Source: Bacteroidales bacterium (GTDB taxonomy: Bacteria > Bacteroidota > Bacteroidia > Bacteroidales > UBA12077). From it: a stretch of DNA of 64,000 bases. Shown here one piece after another: positions 62,101 to 64,000 of the stretch; positions within the stretch are counted from its first letter, which is position 1; each line of letters opens with the position of its first letter. The notes under the pieces were generated by a model. The model was not told where the DNA came from. It saw only the letters and a list, made by a program, of their open reading frames with translations, and did no database searches. The DNA is taken from contig JANQHR010000040.1 of the NCBI GenBank assembly GCA_028282585.1, forward strand, positions 32,299-96,298. The letters run 5' to 3'. A program made the translations under genes and the position numbers.

Positions 62101-63444
62101 AATACGGCAAGGCTAATTATGTCAGTAAAAAATGTTTCTGCATCTTACACTATAACACAAGGGTCAAGTCTTGCGGGATATACTCAGAATACTCATATGT
62201 TAGGTATGAATTCTGGTTTTGAAGCTCCCGGCTGGCCATTTGTATTAGGATGGCAAGATGATCAGTTTGCTTCAGAAGTAATAGGAAACAATTGGTTCTT
62301 AAAAGATTCTTTGAATTTACCGTATTTAATGACTCAAAATCAAAACCTTAATTTTAGAGTTACTCTTGAACCAATAAGAGGTTTAAAAATTGACTTAACA
62401 GCCAACCGTTTAAAATCGGAAAACAATAACCGTTATTACTACCATACATCTACTGAACCATATTCCGAACAAATAACCGGAAACTTCTCAATGACATATA
62501 TCACCATTGGTAGTGCCTTTGAAGATATTTCGAATAAAAACAACTATTATTCAAAAGCATTTGAAGAATTTAAAGAAAATCGTACAGCGATTTCGAGTCG
62601 TTTAGGCGATGGTACACACATTGATGAAGCCGGTTATACCTATGGATATGGTAGTTTATCTCAAGATGTAATGGGGCCAGCATTTTTAGCGGCATATGGA
62701 TGGTATTATGATGCAAGTAACATTCCTCTTGATATGTTCCAAAATATTCCTTTACCAAACTGGAGTATTCGTTACGATGGCTTAAAAGAAATACCTTTCT
62801 TAAAGAAGATTTTTAAATCTATTAACTTAAGCCACGCTTACCGTTCTTCATATAACATTGGTTCATTTATAAATAATGATGATTTTTCATTTGGACCTTC
62901 ATATACGCTGGCACTTGATAGTGCTAATAATTTCATTCCTCAATTCGATTTTAACAGTGTTTCCATTAATGAACAATTTAGCCCATTAATTAATATTGAT
63001 CTAACCTGGATAAATAATTTAACAACTCGTTTCGAAATAAAGAAAAGCAGAACTGTTTCCTTAAGTTTTACCAATAACCAGATAACAGAGGTATTTACAG
63101 ATGAATTAGGTTTTAGTTTAGGTTACCGCTTTGATGATTTTAATTTAATTTTCAATTTCGGTGATGGCCAAGAAAATTTCAAAAGTGATTTAAACGTTCG
63201 AGCTAATTTAAAAATTAGAGAAAATTCAACAATTCTAAGAAGAATTGTTGAAGACGATGATATTCCTTCTGCTGACCAAAGGGCAACTATCATAGGTGTT
63301 TCAGCAGATTACTTACTGAGCAACAGATTAACACTACGACTTTTCTATGATCAAAATATTTCAGATCCAAAAGTGGGAACCAATCCATATCGTATATCAA
63401 ATACTGATGTCGGATTTAGTCTAAGATTTACTTTAACTCAATAG
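56131..63444 (+). CDS. sprA: Type IX secretion system translocon SprA/Sov
   Basis: 2437 aa; NYNTEATFDFEN, GSQSLFG, YIDDFEG, RWGGIMR, IEFWLMDP, WYQFRIP and WVNELR; ruvA-sprA-gcvH synteny; TTG start. Confidence 0.96.
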   Translation: MRKIFIYKVLFFLLSLVCVNNVQAKFLFSQQVNNQQEDTLKFEFQDQGKYEYDKPDVSPLYLENPANIKDTVEYDPATNEYIISKKLGNFDYRASKRMTLEEYQDYQFEQAIRNYWRNRARGQSMDAQTGLFPNLRLGGEAFDKIFGDNAINIVPMGSAELIFKINVNNNENPTISENLRKTTTFDFEEKIMMNVTGNIGDKIKLGVNYNTEATFDFENQTKLEYVGKEDEIIKRIEAGNVTLPLPGSLITGSQSLFGIKTELQFGKLTMTSVFSQQKGETKVIEVRGGAQTQQFEIHGDEYDANRHFFLSQYFRDNYEESLAELPVIKSSVTITKVEVWVTNSVNNNEEYRNVLALLDLGESGNNVFASESVIPFTTGGQYPNNSTNALFNQIYSINPDKVFDEISDDLELQWGSFNFKLGQDYELIGSARKLKSNEYDLNERLGYISLNISLKPDEILAVAYEIDVAGTRYQVGEFSTDGTGTSSDQDKSPYIIAKLLKGTNLSPSVPTWDLMMKNIYSIGAYQVNREDFILNVLYQDDKTGNALTYIPEGNINKTHLISVLNLDNLNTQLDAQPDGRFDFIDGVTINASNGRVIFPVLEPFGSYLKNQFTDTTIAENYIFQELYDTTLTFARLLAEKNKFKLKGQYKSASSSEIMLNAINIPQGSVKVIAGGSVLTENIDYTVDYNLGRVRILNEGLLESGTPLQISLESQALYSIQTKTLLGTHLNYQFSDNFNIGATVMNLTERPLTQKVAIGEEPISNTIWGLNTSYRTESQLVTSMVDRLPFIETKEKSTVLVDAEFAHLIPGHSKAIGEEGNAYIDDFEGSETSMDMKSYNAWVMASTPQSQEDLFPETTPGIENKLVQGFNRARIAWYKIDPLFLRNTSNTPDHLTSEDQSNHFVREIYEREIFPNKQSETSVPTALQVLNVAYYPDERGPYNYVTDDTLSIYGLDANGTLKNPETRWGGIMREVPTTDFEAANVEYIEFWLMDPFVYDSTGNISGDLYFNLGSISEDILQDSRKAFEDGLPSTEVIEKVDTTDWGRVPSNDFSVNTNPNENQDVGLDGLNDIDEESFFSSYLTKVEELVSPEIFDEFISDPSNDNYRYYRDGEYTNIEASILDRYKRFNDLQGNSTGDAGSLYSKSPDSEDINGDKTLDRTESYFQYKVELDPEKMNVGENFIVDKVLGHDVDLANGEQNVRIAWYQFRIPIRQPERIIGSIQDFSSIRFMRMFLKEFEDTVILRFAKLELVRSDWRKYDLSLMEGHEGLSSPETTNGTFEIASVNIEENDNYVLPPGVDRVIDPTNPQLRQLNEQSMVLKVNNLDDGDARAAYKTLNLDIRQYEKLKMFVHAEQLESNILRDDDLRVFIRLGTDNNSNYYEYEIPVEVTPEGNYDDGDREIVWPEENNIEINLDDLVDVKRARNEELRQANTVFTYNSIYSVYREDNHRISVRGNPNLSNVVTIMIGVRNPSRQNNTTSGDDGMPKSGEIWVNELRLTDFRQDGGWAARGRLSTQLADLGSVNFAGSISTPGFGSIDQSVSERNKEETIQYDVSTNLDLGKFFPEKAKVSIPVYAGYSETFINPEYNPLDPDVRLEDALKDADSKAERDSIKNVAQDYTRRKSINFTNVKINKQSQKPRFYDVSNFSVSYSFNETYSRDINTEYDILKNYRGAFNYIYNTRPKNVAPFRKSRGLLSKKAFAIIKDFNFYYAPTSISFRTDVDRRYQANKTRNIYDPNTVFEPTFVKEFNWNRYYDVKWDLSRSLKIDFSATNIAKIDEPYGEVNRHGVDSVYDAWKREVWNNILEGGRNTQYNHNINVTYRVPINKLPLLDWTNLTARYNATYNWEAGPRNADGESILGNTLRNSNTIQFNAQANMVNLYNKVGFLKTINQKYSRGRSNKKVEYEDVSYQQQDIWFREGRFRSIYHDLNTEDITRVSVTDASGAEVRGEWEVSTKRKIRFKTEKDIDGAQILVEGRIEKKENPLIFVAENTARLIMSVKNVSASYTITQGSSLAGYTQNTHMLGMNSGFEAPGWPFVLGWQDDQFASEVIGNNWFLKDSLNLPYLMTQNQNLNFRVTLEPIRGLKIDLTANRLKSENNNRYYYHTSTEPYSEQITGNFSMTYITIGSAFEDISNKNNYYSKAFEEFKENRTAISSRLGDGTHIDEAGYTYGYGSLSQDVMGPAFLAAYGWYYDASNIPLDMFQNIPLPNWSIRYDGLKEIPFLKKIFKSINLSHAYRSSYNIGSFINNDDFSFGPSYTLALDSANNFIPQFDFNSVSINEQFSPLINIDLTWINNLTTRFEIKKSRTVSLSFTNNQITEVFTDELGFSLGYRFDDFNLIFNFGDGQENFKSDLNVRANLKIRENSTILRRIVEDDDIPSADQRATIIGVSADYLLSNRLTLRLFYDQNISDPKVGTNPYRISNTDVGFSLRFTLTQ

Positions 63445-63521
63445 TATTTTAATAAAATTTGATTAATTTTGGCTTGAAATTTAAATTACAGTCAAGTTAT
63501 TTAATTAAAAATTAAAATATT

Positions 63522-63902
63522 ATGAACATCCCAGAAAACTTAAAGTACACTAAGGATCACGAATGGATCCGCGTTGAAGGTGAAGAAGCATATGTTGGTA
63601 TTACCGATTATGCTCAAGGTGAACTTGGAGATATCGTTTTTTTAGAAATAGAAACTGAAGGCGAAGAATTAGCTAAAGAGGAAGTATTCGGAACTATCGA
63701 AGCTGTAAAAACAGTATCTGATATGTATATGCCAGTTAGTGGTGAAGTTGTTGAAGTAAATGAGAAACTTGAAGAAACTCCAGAAATAGTTAATAAGGAG
63801 CCTTATGGAGAAGGTTGGTTAATTAAAGTTAAATTAACAAAAACAACAGAGTTAGATGAATTATTGGATGCTACTGCGTATAAGAATCTTTTAGAGGCTT
63901 AA
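63522..63902 (+). CDS. gcvH: Glycine cleavage system H protein
   Basis: [20 protein letters not shown] and lipoyl-Lys motif EAVKTVS. Confidence 0.97.
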   Translation: MNIPENLKYTKDHEWIRVEGEEAYVGITDYAQGELGDIVFLEIETEGEELAKEEVFGTIEAVKTVSDMYMPVSGEVVEVNEKLEETPEIVNKEPYGEGWLIKVKLTKTTELDELLDATAYKNLLEA

Positions 63903-63925
63903 GATAAAAAAATCATGAATTAAAA

Positions 63926-63964
63926 GAGGCTGTCCAAAAAGTAAAAGGACAGCCTTTTTATTTT
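63926..63964 (+). terminator. Intrinsic terminator after gcvH
   Basis: AGGCTGTCC-N12-GGACAGCCT followed by a T-tract. Confidence 0.75.
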
Positions 63965-64000
63965 GTTGTCCCCTTAAAATTTACGATCTTAAGGGTGAAC

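Noticed and set aside
2462-62758. The many 60-140 aa ORFs nested in or antisense to long genes
   Set aside because: They overlap well-supported CDSs, have no recognisable motifs and are expected by chance.

Overview
AT-rich chromosomal window from a Bacteroidota bacterium, probably Bacteroidales/Marinilabiliales-like. The assignment rests on the lpxC-fabZ fusion, sprA, T9SS C-terminal domains and TAnnTTTG promoters. Housekeeping blocks sit at both ends: rimP-nusA-infB and HD-lpxD-lpxC/fabZ-lpxA on the left, ruvA-sprA-gcvH on the right. The accessory middle holds the main result, a six-gene co-directional cluster at 37989-44771. It encodes (1) a putative photoreceptor with a phycobiliprotein-like domain fused to a CarH-type B12-binding domain, (2) a histidine kinase, (3) a receiver domain fused to a KaiA-like C-terminal domain, (4) KaiB, (5) a full KaiC with the S/T phosphosites and A-loop, and (6) a hybrid kinase. 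Together these look like an input-oscillator-output KaiABC-type system in a non-cyanobacterial heterotroph. Other notable items are a TIGR03032 / FG-GAP-cadherin T9SS protein / OGT-like GT41 module, a 6S-like structured RNA in an atypical position, an ~8 kb AraC-regulated block bracketed by an intact gene and its decayed duplicate, and a TerB-ABCG/SiaC unit. All family assignments come from motif recognition by eye; no searches were run.
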